A stretch of 45,157 bases of DNA, taken from Nemertoderma westbladi (lineage: Eukaryota; Animalia; Xenacoelomorpha). This document shows, piece by piece, positions 11,301 to 23,587 of the stretch. Where the stretch lies: positions 1 through 45,157 of the forward strand of contig JAUCBJ010001580.1 of NCBI GenBank assembly GCA_032718475.1. The letters run 5' to 3'. Below the pieces are notes generated by a model. It did no database searches. It was not told the origin of the DNA and saw nothing but the letters and a program-made list of their open reading frames with translations. Within the stretch, counting starts at the first letter, position 1, and every line of letters begins with the position of its first letter. A program made the position numbers and the translations under genes.

Positions 11301-14292
11301 ACTGTAAGAATTGCTCGTGACTGACTGGCTGGCTGACTGATCTACAGCCAAAACTACTCTAACGATTTTGATGAAATTTTCACAGCATCTAGATACCGCG
11401 ATTATAAGGTCCCTGGTATGGTCCGCTATTTCGTCCATGAGCCGTGGGCTCGAAAAATAGACATAAACGAAAAAACGCCATAGGCGCAATGGTAAAATAA
11501 CACCAATAACAGCTGGTGTCGTGATGAAAAATGGCTTATGTAATGCATTTCTACAGAAGGCTTAGTAATAAATCGATGAGGTTGCCAAGATTATTATACT
11601 CAGTACACCCATACTGTTTGTATAGGCCACCACTCTCTGTCAAAGCAAACATTATTAACTGGTTGGTTTAGTTTGAAATCTATTATCGCCTCAGCTGAAT
11701 TACTCTTCCCAATGCAATCTATGGGAATATCTCACTCTGCTAATGTAAGCTGAATGAATGTACACAGTGAGTTGGCTACATTAATGCCAACATTATTGCT
11801 AAATGTTTTATTGTTGGATTACTCTCTGTCAGTCTCCCCTTCAGAACATTGTATAGGGAATTTACTTTAGTTTACTCTACTGTGCCATTCAGCTGAATGG
11901 ATTTGAGCGATTGCCAAGTTACAGAGTTGGATCATTCTCTGACCATAGGCAAAGACATAAAATCTTTTTAAAAATATACTTTTTCCATGTTTTTTTTTCT
12001 GACCAAAAATTTCAAAAAAAAATTTTTTGTAGCCAGTCGATCGATTCGCCATCAAAAATAACGCAAAAAAATTTTTTTGCAAAATTTTAAATTACTGTAA
12101 ATTTTTGGCGACTGGGGGGGGTCAATTTTTTTCGATCCGCTATAACTCCGGAACGCTTCGTCAAAATTCGATGGGGTTTTCATTTTTCAACTTAATTCGA
12201 TGTCCTCTTTCAGCCTATCCATGTTTCGAAACCCCAAACAGCGCCGTTCAAAAATTAATTTTTTCTAGTTCTAGAATTTTACAAATTTCAAAAAAGTTGC
12301 AGTATTTTATTAACGCCTTTACGGAATTCGATAGTGTTTTCGATTTTTATATTAAACGCAATATCCTGAATCTTACTAGCCTAGTTTCGCGTCACCAATG
12401 CCAAGACTTCATACTTTTTGAGGAAAATTTTTCTAGAATTTTATTTTTTTATTTATTTTTTATTTTTATTTAATTACATTTATAGCGTTTTCTCATTACT
12501 GGTTGCACGTGAATTGATGGAGTTTTCAATTTATTAACTAAACGCGATATCGCGCATCGCACCAGCGTGGTTTCGAAATTCCAAAACGAGGTCTTTACTA
12601 GTTGCAGGTCGATTTTGTTCTAGAATTGAGCAACTAATAATAGATCGAATTTATTAATAATTATTGTATGAAATATGATTGTATTTTTACATAATTATTA
12701 TTAGTTCTATACTAATTCTCGTTGTCTCTTTTATTTAAAATAAAAAGTCGGTTCCTTATCGGGCCGCTAGGCCCGTCACTAGTTAGCAAGTCGTTAGACT
12801 TGATTACTGTAAGAATTGTTGGCTGACTGACTGGCTGGCTGACTGACTGGCTGGCTGATCTACAGCCAAAACTACTCTAACGATTTTGATGAAATTTTCA
12901 CAGCATCTAGATACCGCGATTCTAAGGTCCCTGGCATGATCGGCTACTCCGTCCATAGCCTCTGGGCTCGAAAAATAGAGATAAACGAAAAAAAACGCCA
13001 TAGGCGCAATGGTAAAATAACACCCATGACAGCTGGTGTCCTGATGAAAAATGGCTTATGTAATGCAATTCTACACAAGGCTTAGTATTAAATCGATGAG
13101 GTTGCCAAGAGTATTATACTTAGTACACCCATACTGTTTGTTTAGGCCCTACCACTCTCTGTCAAAGCAAATATTAACTGGTTGATTTAGTTAGAAATCT
13201 AGTATCGCCTCAGCTGAATTACTTTTCCCAATGCATTCTATGGGAGTCTCTCACTCTGCTAATGTAAGCTGAATGACTTAAGTACACAGTGTGTTGGCTA
13301 CATTAATGCCAACATTATTGCAAAATGTTTTATTGTTGGATTACTCTCTGTCAGTCTCCCCTTCAGAACATTGTATAGGGAATTTACTTTAGTTTACTCT
13401 ACTATGCCATTCAGCTGAATGGATTTGAGCGATTGCCAAGTTACAGAGTTGGATCATTCTCTGACCATAGGCAAAGACATCAAATCTTTTTAAAAAGATA
13501 CTTTTTCCATGTTTTTTTTTCTGACCAAAAATTTCAAAATAAAATTTTTCGTAGCTCTAGTACTGCCAATCGATTCGCCATCAAAAATAAAGCAAAAAAT
13601 TTTTTTTGCAAAATTTTTAATTACTGTAAATTTTTGGCGACTGGGGGGGGGGGTCAATTTTTTTCGATCCGCTATAACTCCGGTACGCTTTGTCCAAATT
13701 CGATGGGGTTTTTATTTTTCAACTTAATTCGATGTCCTCTTTCAGTCTATCCATGTTTCGAAACCCCAAACAGCGCCGTTCAAAAATTAATTTTTTCTAG
13801 TTCTAGAATTTTACAAATTTCAAAAAAGTTGCAGTATTTTATTAACGCCTTTACGGAATTCGATAGCGTTTTCGATTTTTATATCAAACGCAATATCTGA
13901 ATCTCACTAGCCTAGTTTCGCGTCACCAATGCCAAGACTTCATACTTTTTGAGGAAAATTTTTCTAGAATAATTTATATTTAATTACATTTATCGCGATT
14001 TCTTATTACTAATTGCACATGAATTGATGGAGTTTTCAATTTATTAACTAAACACGATATCGCGCATCGCACCAGCGTGGTTTCGAAATTCCAAAACAAG
14101 GTCTTCACCAGTTGCAGGTCGATTTTGTTCTAGAATTGCGCAACTAATAATAGATCGAATTTATTAATAATTATTGTATGAAATATGATTGTAATTTTAC
14201 ATAATTATTAGTTCTATGCTTATTCTCGTTGTCTCTTGTATTTATTAGAATAAAAAGTCGGTTCCTTATCGGGCCGCTAGGCCCGTCACTAG
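8303..14292 (+). mobile_element. Four tandem ~1.5-kb Helitron/Helentron-like units: U4 (8303-9778), U5 (9779-11279), U6 (11280-12782), U7 (12783-14292)
   Basis: Near-identical bodies; each ends TCGGTTCCTTATCGGGCCGCTAGGCCCGTCACTAG; last unit followed by unique flank TTATACAA; no Rep/helicase ORF. Confidence 0.88.
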
Positions 14293-14949
14293 TTATACAA
14301 TTTATATACAATTTGTATATGTATATTTTTGAATTGTATATTTTATATAGTCAATAAGGAATGTCACTGATACAAATAATTTTTATACTTATACTTATAC
14401 AAATAATTTTTTCAATATTGTCTGTATATACCACATATTATAGTATATTACATATTAAATTGATAATGAAATTTGCCGATTTTCAATTTTCCCTCAATTC
14501 TGAATTATATTTCCCCCCTACTTAAAGCTGATGCCTTTTCTACAATAGGGCGCCCTTTTTACTCTCATATGTGCTCGCTTTAGTAAGTAAATTCTATCTT
14601 TATTATCAGGATAATAACTCCATTGTCCCTCTAATCATAGCAGGTCTAAAAACATATTTTAAATTATAAAATTAAGCATGTTTTATATTCATTTATTTTC
14701 AAAATCGAATTGAAATGATTTGCTGGTTTGGTTAACCCTCTATATATCACGTACTAATTAATCCCAATATCAAATTGTAAAATATAATGTATTAACACAT
14801 CAAACCTAGGATAAACAACATTCAAATAATTGATATTAAATATAAACTTTAAAGAATAATTAAACAAGATATAATTAAAAAATAATAACAGGCAGTATAT
14901 TGCATAGTCTCTAGTCTTTATAGAATAGGAGTATGGCACATGCATTTAA

Positions 14950-16014
14950 TTATTTTATCTTACGGTGTGGGAGACTTTCAATATCTATACGACAAAGAAA
15001 GTTCATTTCCCTAGTGTCCTTTTCTTTAACTTTATAATATCCTGTGTATTTGCCGTGGTACCAGAGGAGTTACACTTTTCACATTTTATCCAATATGAAT
15101 CAAATCTCCTGTCTTTGGGTGACCCATAGAAACACTTGCAAATCATGCACCGGTTGCTCCTTGATAGAGCTTTGGGATTTTTTTCTTCTTAACACTCTTT
15201 TTCAGGGTAAGTGCTATCACCTCATCATCCTTACCACTGACCCGACCTGGTTCTTTTCCTTCAACAATTGCTGGTGCTGCTGGCTCTTTAACCTCACTAA
15301 GGTATTTTTCGCAGAAATTGCCGAGGTTGTAATCTTCCTTCTCAAGGGAATTACAATTAGTTAACTCTTCGAACCCGCTGTTGTCGCTTTGAATCACTTG
15401 TACATTCCCTTTGATATTGAACATAGATATCATGCTGGCTTTATTACCAGCAACTGCTCCAAAGCGACTATCTCGGGATTGTTCCACATTTTTGAACTTG
15501 GAAATAAACTGTAAAAGCTTCTTTTTATCCCTTTCATCCACACTCAAGTCTTTCCAAGAGTGTGGTCCTCGAGTGTGTTTCTCCTTCTGACCTTCATTCA
15601 CCCGCTGCGTGGTTCCAGAGCCACTCGGTTGTTTTTTGGTTGATTGTTTACTGCGTTTGGGGCCAGCTGTTTTAATAGGTTGCAGTTGTTTACCACTATC
15701 AGTTCGCTCATTCAACGCACGAACTCCACGACAAACACGAACTCCTGTTGATTGAATACGGTTCCTCGGGGACTTCAATCGCCTCATGAGGCCTAATGAA
15801 TGTGGACTGCCTGAGGTCATTGTTGAGCTTAAACGCCCCGGGGAGCTTCAATTGCCTCCAAAGGTACTTGGGACTCCTGCGTTGATGTTTGAGGACTCAG
15901 TATTGAAGGACTAGCATCGCTAATAATGGAATAGTTTGGAGTTGAAGGGAAGGCCGTTGGAATGGATATAGCAGAGATAGGAGATATGCTGCTCAGTTCT
16001 TTCTCCATACCCAA
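14950..16014 (-). pseudogene. Frameshifted ORF remnant: low-complexity Ser/Lys-rich region ending in a degenerate PHD-type zinc finger (possibly a transposase C-terminus)
   Basis: Hand translation across frameshifts of ~14950-15150 gives CMICKCFYG...WIKCEKCN/LWYHGK...FLCR; upstream track ORFs 15143-15820 and 15829-16014 lie on the same strand. Confidence 0.6.
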
Positions 16015-18492
16015 TTATGCTTTAATATCCCATATCTCATGATTCATATAACAGTATAAGCAAAGCCTACAACTATACAGTAATTACAATGGGGAGTGGG
16101 GGTTTATCAGATTATCATGATTATAGATAGATAGATAGATTTTTTTTTATTTATACATTATGTAAAAACAATAACAACTACACCAAACAATGTACCGGTA
16201 TAAAGGTATTGTCCAACATAACATATAGGATTACCCCTAAAGCTTTGCAGCTTATTTCTAAGGGGGTCCTTTATGTTACTTGGTTACAAATACAATATTA
16301 CACTACGCTAACCTAAAACCCATCCATATAAAACGTAATTACACTATGTACATGTACAACTTTACCGAGAGCGTGACAATGTCCGACTCAACGATAAAGA
16401 TGTAATGTACAGAACAATTTAATATAAAACGTAATTACAGTATAAATAGTAAATAATTAATAAACTAATAACTTACTGTAGTTAACAAGCTGTTATTTGC
16501 GTCGATTTTCACCTGGAGAGGGAAGAATATTGATTGCGCCCCCCCCCACCTGCAGTTAAGTGAAAATATTTCGGCACCATTTAATTTTATTATCACAGTC
16601 GCGCATCAAGTAGTCTGTCAAAAGATACAATTCATTATAAACATAACAAAATTAATTATAATAATTCTAAAAATATAAGGCAGATTTTCCTAAAATTAGC
16701 TCTTTAGTCTTTAGCAATCTTATTCATTGACAAGACTTATAAAATAATTGATGTTTAATAATTATTATTAAGATTAAAATATATTATTACGAATTCGAAG
16801 AAAGCAAATTGTATTGAGTTAGTATTGGCAAGTTAATCTCACAAACCAGTCTAGTCTAACTTTACAGTACCGGTAGCCTTGTTCGCATTGTTCCAGGTTT
16901 AGTTAGGCCTGGAACACAGACTCCACTGTCTTCGTTCCAGGTTTAATACTGTGATAGACTCCGTTATCCGTCTCGATCGCTATGCACCATCTTACTGGGT
17001 TTAACAAACTCCATCGCCTTCCTGTCATTCTGTGTTTTGTAGATTACCTCGCCATCGTCTGATCGCTTTGGTTGCTGGTTGCGTGTTTAATACTGTAATA
17101 GACTCCATCGCCATCGTATCGTTATGGATTGAATAGACACTCATTTGTCCATCGCGATCCTTTCATTGTTTACGTTTAATTGACTCCGTCTCCTCCTCGT
17201 ATTAGGAATCCAGCCGGGTTTCGTAGATTCCGCCATCGTTCAGCAGTTCAGTGTTTTTAATCAAAGCCAGAATTCCGGCACCGACACCACGATCAACGAT
17301 TTCGGAAGTAACAGACCAGCAGACTCCGTCAACAACACTCGGTGTTTAAAAAATACAACTAAGGGCAACTTTGAACTTGCAACTGCTGAACTGGGCGATC
17401 ATCTATCTGATAGTTGAAAAAGACTGTCTGACAGTTGGTATCAGACTATCTGATAGTTAGCGCCCCATGGGTAAATCCTTACCCCATGGGCTGTTACCTC
17501 TCTGACTGACAGCACAACAGTCCCTATAGATCGCCAGGGCGATTTGGTTGCCAGTTGCCCCTTCAATATATTCCAAGATTCAGCTTAAACGATTAAGATC
17601 AAGGAAATTGGGGAGGTTGTCACTTACATACTTGTGTTCTATCATATCTGACAAGTTTCAGCTTGCGGAATGGGGCAATTATTTTTTCTATTTTAATGAA
17701 TCTTATTTGATTGATTAATATATTTTTTCGTAATTTAATTAACCTTTCTAAACAGTTTACAACAATTGAAGTAAATAAATATATATTTCATTGTCATTCG
17801 TTTTTTAATAAATGTTTATAATAAGAATAAAGTAAACCCCTAGTTACCGTTACATGTACAGTAGTAAAAAATAAACAATGAGTTACCTTTTACCTTTATT
17901 TATACGCAACTCAATATCGGGTATAATTCTAAGTAAAATATTATAAGATAGGACTCTTTCTTCCTTTATTGTTCGCGTAAATAAAAAAAATATTTTTGAC
18001 CATAGATACATAGGCCAATTGTAAGGTCCAATTATCATTTTCAGACCCAAGGGACGAGTGGTCTACGAATGGGACGCTCTGATTGGCCGAAACTGAAACT
18101 CAATAAATCTCGACTAGAATTAAACGAAACTCGTCCATACTCGCTAATAACATCCCTCACCTTACAGTAGTTTCAACACCTTATTATTATAAAATTTCAA
18201 TTTTACAATTTGTTGCTAATATAATTATTACAAAAAGTAATAACCGTAGAGTTGGTAAACAGGAAGTCTAAATAACACTGCGATTATGTACTTACTGTAC
18301 TTATGCCTCTCAGGATAACCTCCAACTTCCAAGTGATTTACAGTGTTCAAGTAATCAGTAATTTACTTTGTGTCTCTATACTTTATGATAATTTTAACAG
18401 TATTTTGGCAAGAAATCATGGGCCAACGAATATCGCAGAGATACATTCCAAAATTTTACGTTTAAGTTAATTAAATAGGCCTATAGTTAAAA

Positions 18493-18663
18493 GGCAAGTT
18501 GAATATATTAACTTGCCCAAACTGGCAAGTTAAATAAATGAGCTTGCCCAAATGGGCAAGTTATCTATTAACTTGCCCAAACTGGCAAGTTAAATAAATG
18601 AGCTTGCCCAAATGGGCAAGTTATCTATTAACTTGCCCAATCTGGCAAGTTAAATATATTAAC
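18493..18663. repeat. 60-bp tandem repeat built from alternating GGCAAGTT / A(A/G)CTTGCC inverted motifs
   Basis: Rows 18541-18600 and 18601-18660 are nearly identical; each unit contains two inverted pairs. Confidence 0.9.
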
Positions 18664-18679
18664 CACTGCTATGGGGGTA

Positions 18680-19262
18680 CCATCGAACCCATCCGAATAA
18701 TAGAATCGATTAATATTAACGCCAGGTGACCCACGAAGATCGATGTCGAGCAATACCGGTACCTGGACAACATCGATTTCTCCATGCACGAACTGGATGT
18801 CCCGAAAGTGTCTATCATAGTCGGCATGGACTGCCCGACGGCCCATGAGAGACTACAGACCATTTTCGGCGATGACAGGGAGCGAGATTTGGATGGATGC
18901 TCACTGGCCCAATTAAGACGAGGACACCGTTTGGTGTGTCCGAGACATCAGGGTGCGTGCTGTCTGGTATTGTTGAGGACGTAGAGGAGAAACCAGGGAT
19001 GGGCGATGGGGATGTCCCATGTGAGAAGCAGCCCGGGGAAGGATACCAGGAGTCAGGGATGGGTATGGAGCTGGAACCACGCATAGTGGAGCGTGGTGAA
19101 AGGATAGAGGATAGTTCCAGAGAAATGCCGCCGATAAATGAGTTAGGAGGGGAAGCAACAGCAAGAGAGTGGGCTGAGGAGAATGGGTTCGACGCAGAGG
19201 ACCTAGAGGCGATGGGATGGAACAAGGATGTTCCTGGCAAGTATGGGTATGAGGATGGATAA
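18680..19262 (+). pseudogene. BEL/Pao LTR-retrotransposon remnant (distal protease region plus acidic linker)
   Basis: VSIIVGMDCPTAH...GP..TRTPFG...VLSG across a frameshift resembles the BEL/Pao 'ILIGxD...P.A..T.LGW.L.G' segment. Confidence 0.55.
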
Positions 19263-19739
19263 GAGTGGAGGCGAAATGTCCGGAGGGGTGTGCGGAGGAG
19301 ACGCCGGTCCGGTTGAGAGGCATACCGAAAAGGGGGAGGTCAAATAAGAAGACAGGGTGGAAAGGGAGGGGATTTCTATTCTCTATTCTGCTTTATCTAT
19401 TCTCTCGATTTCTTTTCATTCTACCGCCAGGTGACGACAAGATGAAGGGTGGCATTTTGCTGCCAGGGGACCATGAGGAAATCAAGAAGGCGACCGAAAG
19501 ACCCGATTTTAGGGTGGAGGAGAAGGGAAGATCAATTCCAAGAGAGTTGAAATTGACAAGGAGAGTGGGGCGAAGGATAAGAGGACCTACAGGGGGGCAG
19601 TGGGAGAGTGCCTGCTGGAAGAATCGCCTTAAAGTTTAGTCGTCCAATATATTGGACTGAGGGGGGTGGGAATGAGGGCGAGACACCCTTCCCACACATA
19701 AAACATAAAAAATAAACAAGCAAAATAATAAAATAAGTA

Positions 19740-20290
19740 GTAATAGTAGTAGTAGGTAGTACATAGCAGTAAGGTACATAGCAAGTACCATAGAACCTGT
19801 GGGCACTGAGGGCACCACGTAGTGAGTGGAAGTGAAGGGTATGTACGCATACCATAGCAGTAGTAGTAGGGTACATAGTACCGTAGAAGTTGTGGGCACT
19901 GAGGGTGCCACATAAGGAAGTAAAGGGTATGTACACATACCATAGTAGCAGTAGTAGGGTACATAGGACCGTAGAAGTTGTGGGCACTGAGGGCGCCACT
20001 CTTGCAGGACATTGCTTTCGCCGTGAGGACCAGCCAGTGCATAATCTTGTACTTTGGCAGCCTCATGGAGTGAATAAGCATGGTGGACAGCCCATGACTT
20101 TCTTGAGACACATCTTAAACGACACTGGCCTTGAAGATGCGGATGATCTAGCAAATGTCATGGGTGATAGGGAGTTGTGGCAGTGCAATTTTGTCGATAA
20201 GCCGGCACAGCATTCTTAAAAATGCAGCTGCAATGCAGCATGCCGATCCTAGTAGTAGTGGGCGCCACATGAGGAAGTGAGAAGGTAGAT
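19740..20290. repeat. ~88-bp GTA-rich minisatellite interrupted by an RTE fragment
   Basis: Repeated GTAGTAGTAGGGTACATAG.ACCGTAGAAGTTGTGGGCACTGAGGG.GCCAC; the unit resumes after 20260. Confidence 0.8.
20000..20259 (+). mobile_element. 5'-truncated RTE-clade LINE (3' end only) with (TAG)n tail and 9-bp TSD
   Basis: TSD GGGCGCCAC at 19991-19999 and 20260-20268; near-identical reverse complement of 24108-24368. Confidence 0.9.
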
Positions 20291-20388
20291 AGTGATAATA
20301 GCACAGGCAGGGGGGAACATAGATAAAATAAAATAAATGTAGGGCAATATTAGCACGAAGGAAAGAACAAGGTAGGAGGAAGGCCATT

Positions 20389-23150
20389 ATTCAATTCAAT
20401 TCAATTCAATATTTCTTTATTTTCCCAAATGTTACGTACATACAGAAATATTACATACACAAACAGTTAAATTTAGTTAAATTTGATAATACAATATTAT
20501 TTATGATTTGTAGAACTCTATTTGGGACTCGAGACCGCGGGTAGTTCTAGGGAGCTAGTGAGTCGCAGCCACCAGGTGGGGGGGTGGGGGGGGGGGGGGG
20601 GGGTGGTCTCGGCAAGCAAGCCTAAAAGATATAATAAGATTAAAAAGAAAGTATATGAATATTATATTTAAAAATTGAATAAATGGTACAAATACTGTAT
20701 TATAATTTAATTGGGGGTGTAATTTAACATGGAGACATTTATTGTATTTTATTTTCCAATACTGGTGTTGACGAAAAGTTATAATTTGAGATGGGTGCAC
20801 GTAGGGGCTTGAAGGGTTATGCTGTAAATTATATGCTAAAGTGATTGAAGTAGTTCATTTTTTAGTTTCTTGCAGAATACAATTTTGTTTGGAAGAGTTT
20901 TAATATTTTGATTTAATGTATTCCATATTTGGGGACCGTTGTAACTTAGAGATTTTTGACCAACGTGGAGATTAAATCTGGGGATAAAATAATTACCAGA
21001 AGTTGCCGATCGTGTATTATATCTGTGAACTTCTGAAGAACTTTGGAAATATTTATTTAATATTTATTAATTATTTATTATATTTATTGAAAATTTTATA
21101 TATTGGAGTTGCTGAATCTCGGTAGTGACTGAATGTTATAGTTCTAATAATTTTATTTAATTTCGTCCTGAGTGGTGTTAGAACAGAACTAAATGAATTT
21201 CCCCATAATACAATGCCATATTGGACAAAAGTATGTACCAAAGAAAAATATATCATGCGTAAAATATAAAGGGGGAATATCTGTCTTATTTTATACAGTT
21301 CACCGGCAGTCTTAGATATTTTTTTAATGATTACTTTGAGATGAGCCTTCCAATTTAGTTTGTTATCTATAAATATACCCAAGTATTTCGCTGCGCTTAC
21401 TTTCCTTTATATTACTATCTTTAATTTTAACTTTTGGTAGAATTCTGTGTTTGGGTGATTGTCGGTTAAGGTTTGTTTTGTAAAGAGGCAGTACTCAGTT
21501 TTGGATATATTTACAGATAGTTTGTTATCCAGTAGCCAATCAGATAAATTATTTAGGTTATCATTCATATTGGTCAGTAAATTAGTTAAAGATTTTGCAC
21601 TGTGTAAAAGAGTTGTATCGTCTGCAAATAATGTTGTAAAAATATCTACTGAATTGGGCAAATCGTTGATGTATAGCAGGAAAAGTAGTGGCCCTAATAA
21701 GCTTCCCTGTGGGATTCCGCAAGTGATATTATTTACAGATGAAATGCATTACTTATTTATGAGTATGGCATGATCTAGCGTGTCAAACGCCTTTTTTAAA
21801 TCAATATACACTACGCAACACGATGAACCTGAGTCTAAATGTTGTCTAAGATTTTCAACTATGCTAAAGTACAGCTTCTGTCGTTGTAAGTTTTTTCCTA
21901 AAGCCGAATTGATTTGGTGAAAGAATACTAAAATACTCAATGTAACCTAATAACTGTGAATAAATAATGCGCTCATATATTTTGCTGAAAATTGGTAATA
22001 TAGAGATAGGTCGGTAATTGTTTGAGTCTGATGGGCTGCCTCCTTTGTAAACAGGAATTACGCTTGCAACTTTTAGCCGATCAGGGAAAAAACCACCCGT
22101 AATTGATAGATTTATTAAAAATGATAAATGAACTGATAGTAATTCTGCAGAAAGTTTTACAAGATCGGTAGGAAATTTATCGTTAGTAGAACAACGGGAA
22201 TCTAACTGTAGCAGATGGTATTGTACTTCTACCGGAGTTGTCTTTATTAAAGCAAATGAATTTGGCCTGTTATGACGTATATTGCGGGTGGGACTTCTGG
22301 GAGAATGGGGAATGGCTTTGGCTAATGAGGACCCTATAGTAGAGAAATGAGTATTGAGTGCGTCTGCTATCAGTGATGGATCTGTAATAATTTGTTCGCC
22401 GCTAGGGGTTTTTATTTTTAATTGTTTTGGAACTGCCAGTTTTTTTGAACGATGCAATGCTGTGTTAATTACTTTCCATGTTTTTTTTACGTTTGACTGA
22501 TTTTTTGAAAATTCCTTTATAAAGTACGATTTTTGGGCCTTTAGTAAGATAGAGTTGAGTTTATTACGGTAAGTTTTATATCTATGATGATTTGTAACTG
22601 TCCTATTTGATACGTATATACTAAACAAGTGATTCTTTTTATTTATACATTTTATTAAACCGGAAGTGATCCATGGCTTTTTTGGAGTTGATCTTTTTGA
22701 TGAAATTTTCGATGGTAAATGACGAGAGCATATATTTTCGAAACCGGAAAAAAAGTTATTATATTTGTCTTTATCAGGAATATTTTCATTTTTATAGTTC
22801 CAAGTATTAGGGTCTGCGATTTCTTTAAGAAAGGTTGTTTTATCAAACTTAGAATAATCGTAGCTATATGTACAATCTTCCTCAGAGGAATGGCAGGAAT
22901 AATTTGCAACAAATATAAAAGTAGGTAGATGATCTGTTTTACCGGTTTCAGTTAAAAATAATCCCGAGTGACAGATTCCATCAGTGATATTTGTTAGTAC
23001 ATGGTCTAGTAGTGTTCTAGAATGGTCAGTGATGCGTGTAGGTTTGGTTATTAATTGGGAAAAACCATTAGATTGTATAAGCTGCAGGTATTCGTCATTT
23101 TTATTGTTATTACTTAATAGGTCAATATTAAAGTCTCCATTAATTATCGC
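20389..23150 (-). mobile_element. Degraded CR1/L2-group non-LTR retrotransposon (partial APE endonuclease + RT)
   Basis: GDFNIDLL...KPTRIT...LDH...TDHLP (APE C-terminus, ~22920-23140); NYRPISILP, DLKKAFDT, GIPQGSLLGP, LFADD, KYLGIFID; frameshifts; AATAAA + (TTGAA)n tail at 20389-20420. Confidence 0.9.
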
Positions 23151-23587
23151 GACTTAGACCACGTTTCCATCAGTTGAGACATCTGGTCTTCATGTATTTT
23201 CCAGAATGCCCTGCAAATATCATCGGGATTCTCATCTATGATAACTCTCTCGGTGTTTGTATTTGACAAAACTGAGGCACTAGCGTTAATTGATTGAGTA
23301 GAGTTTGAAAACATATCTGTTAATTTCCCAATTTTATTTCCAACCTCATCGATGGCGGCGATAATACGGTCAACAGAATTGCCATCAATGTTCTGTACAG
23401 ATACTGCGGGTATGGCGAGTGTGCGTTCCATAGTAGAAACAAATTCATATAATTTGTCAGTTATCTCATTTTGTGACGATTCCGTAGATTGGGAATTTGA
23501 TCGTAGTGAATGTCTTCTTCCCAAGTTGAGGTCGTCTTTGAAAGATCGGACTAACGTTAGTAATTCTTCCATCTGTGTGCTGGCCAT
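23144..23587 (-). CDS. 147-aa ORF, possibly the truncated ORF1 of the adjacent LINE
   Basis: ATG-initiated, protein-like composition, same strand as and abutting the endonuclease fragment; no recognisable motif. Confidence 0.35.
   Translation of the reverse strand: MASTQMEELLTLVRSFKDDLNLGRRHSLRSNSQSTESSQNEITDKLYEFVSTMERTLAIPAVSVQNIDGNSVDRIIAAIDEVGNKIGKLTDMFSNSTQSINASASVLSNTNTERVIIDENPDDICRAFWKIHEDQMSQLMETWSKSR

Noticed and set aside
3242-13900. Recurrent short ORFs (MRLWRFF..., MGFSFFNL..., MQKNFF...)
   Set aside because: They recur because the units repeat; frames vary with indels between copies; no Rep/helicase motifs.
3168-14292. CRISPR- or integron-like array of hairpin repeats
   Set aside because: Intervening segments are kilobase-long and mostly homologous, there are no cas or integrase genes, and the context is eukaryotic; rolling-circle termini explain it.
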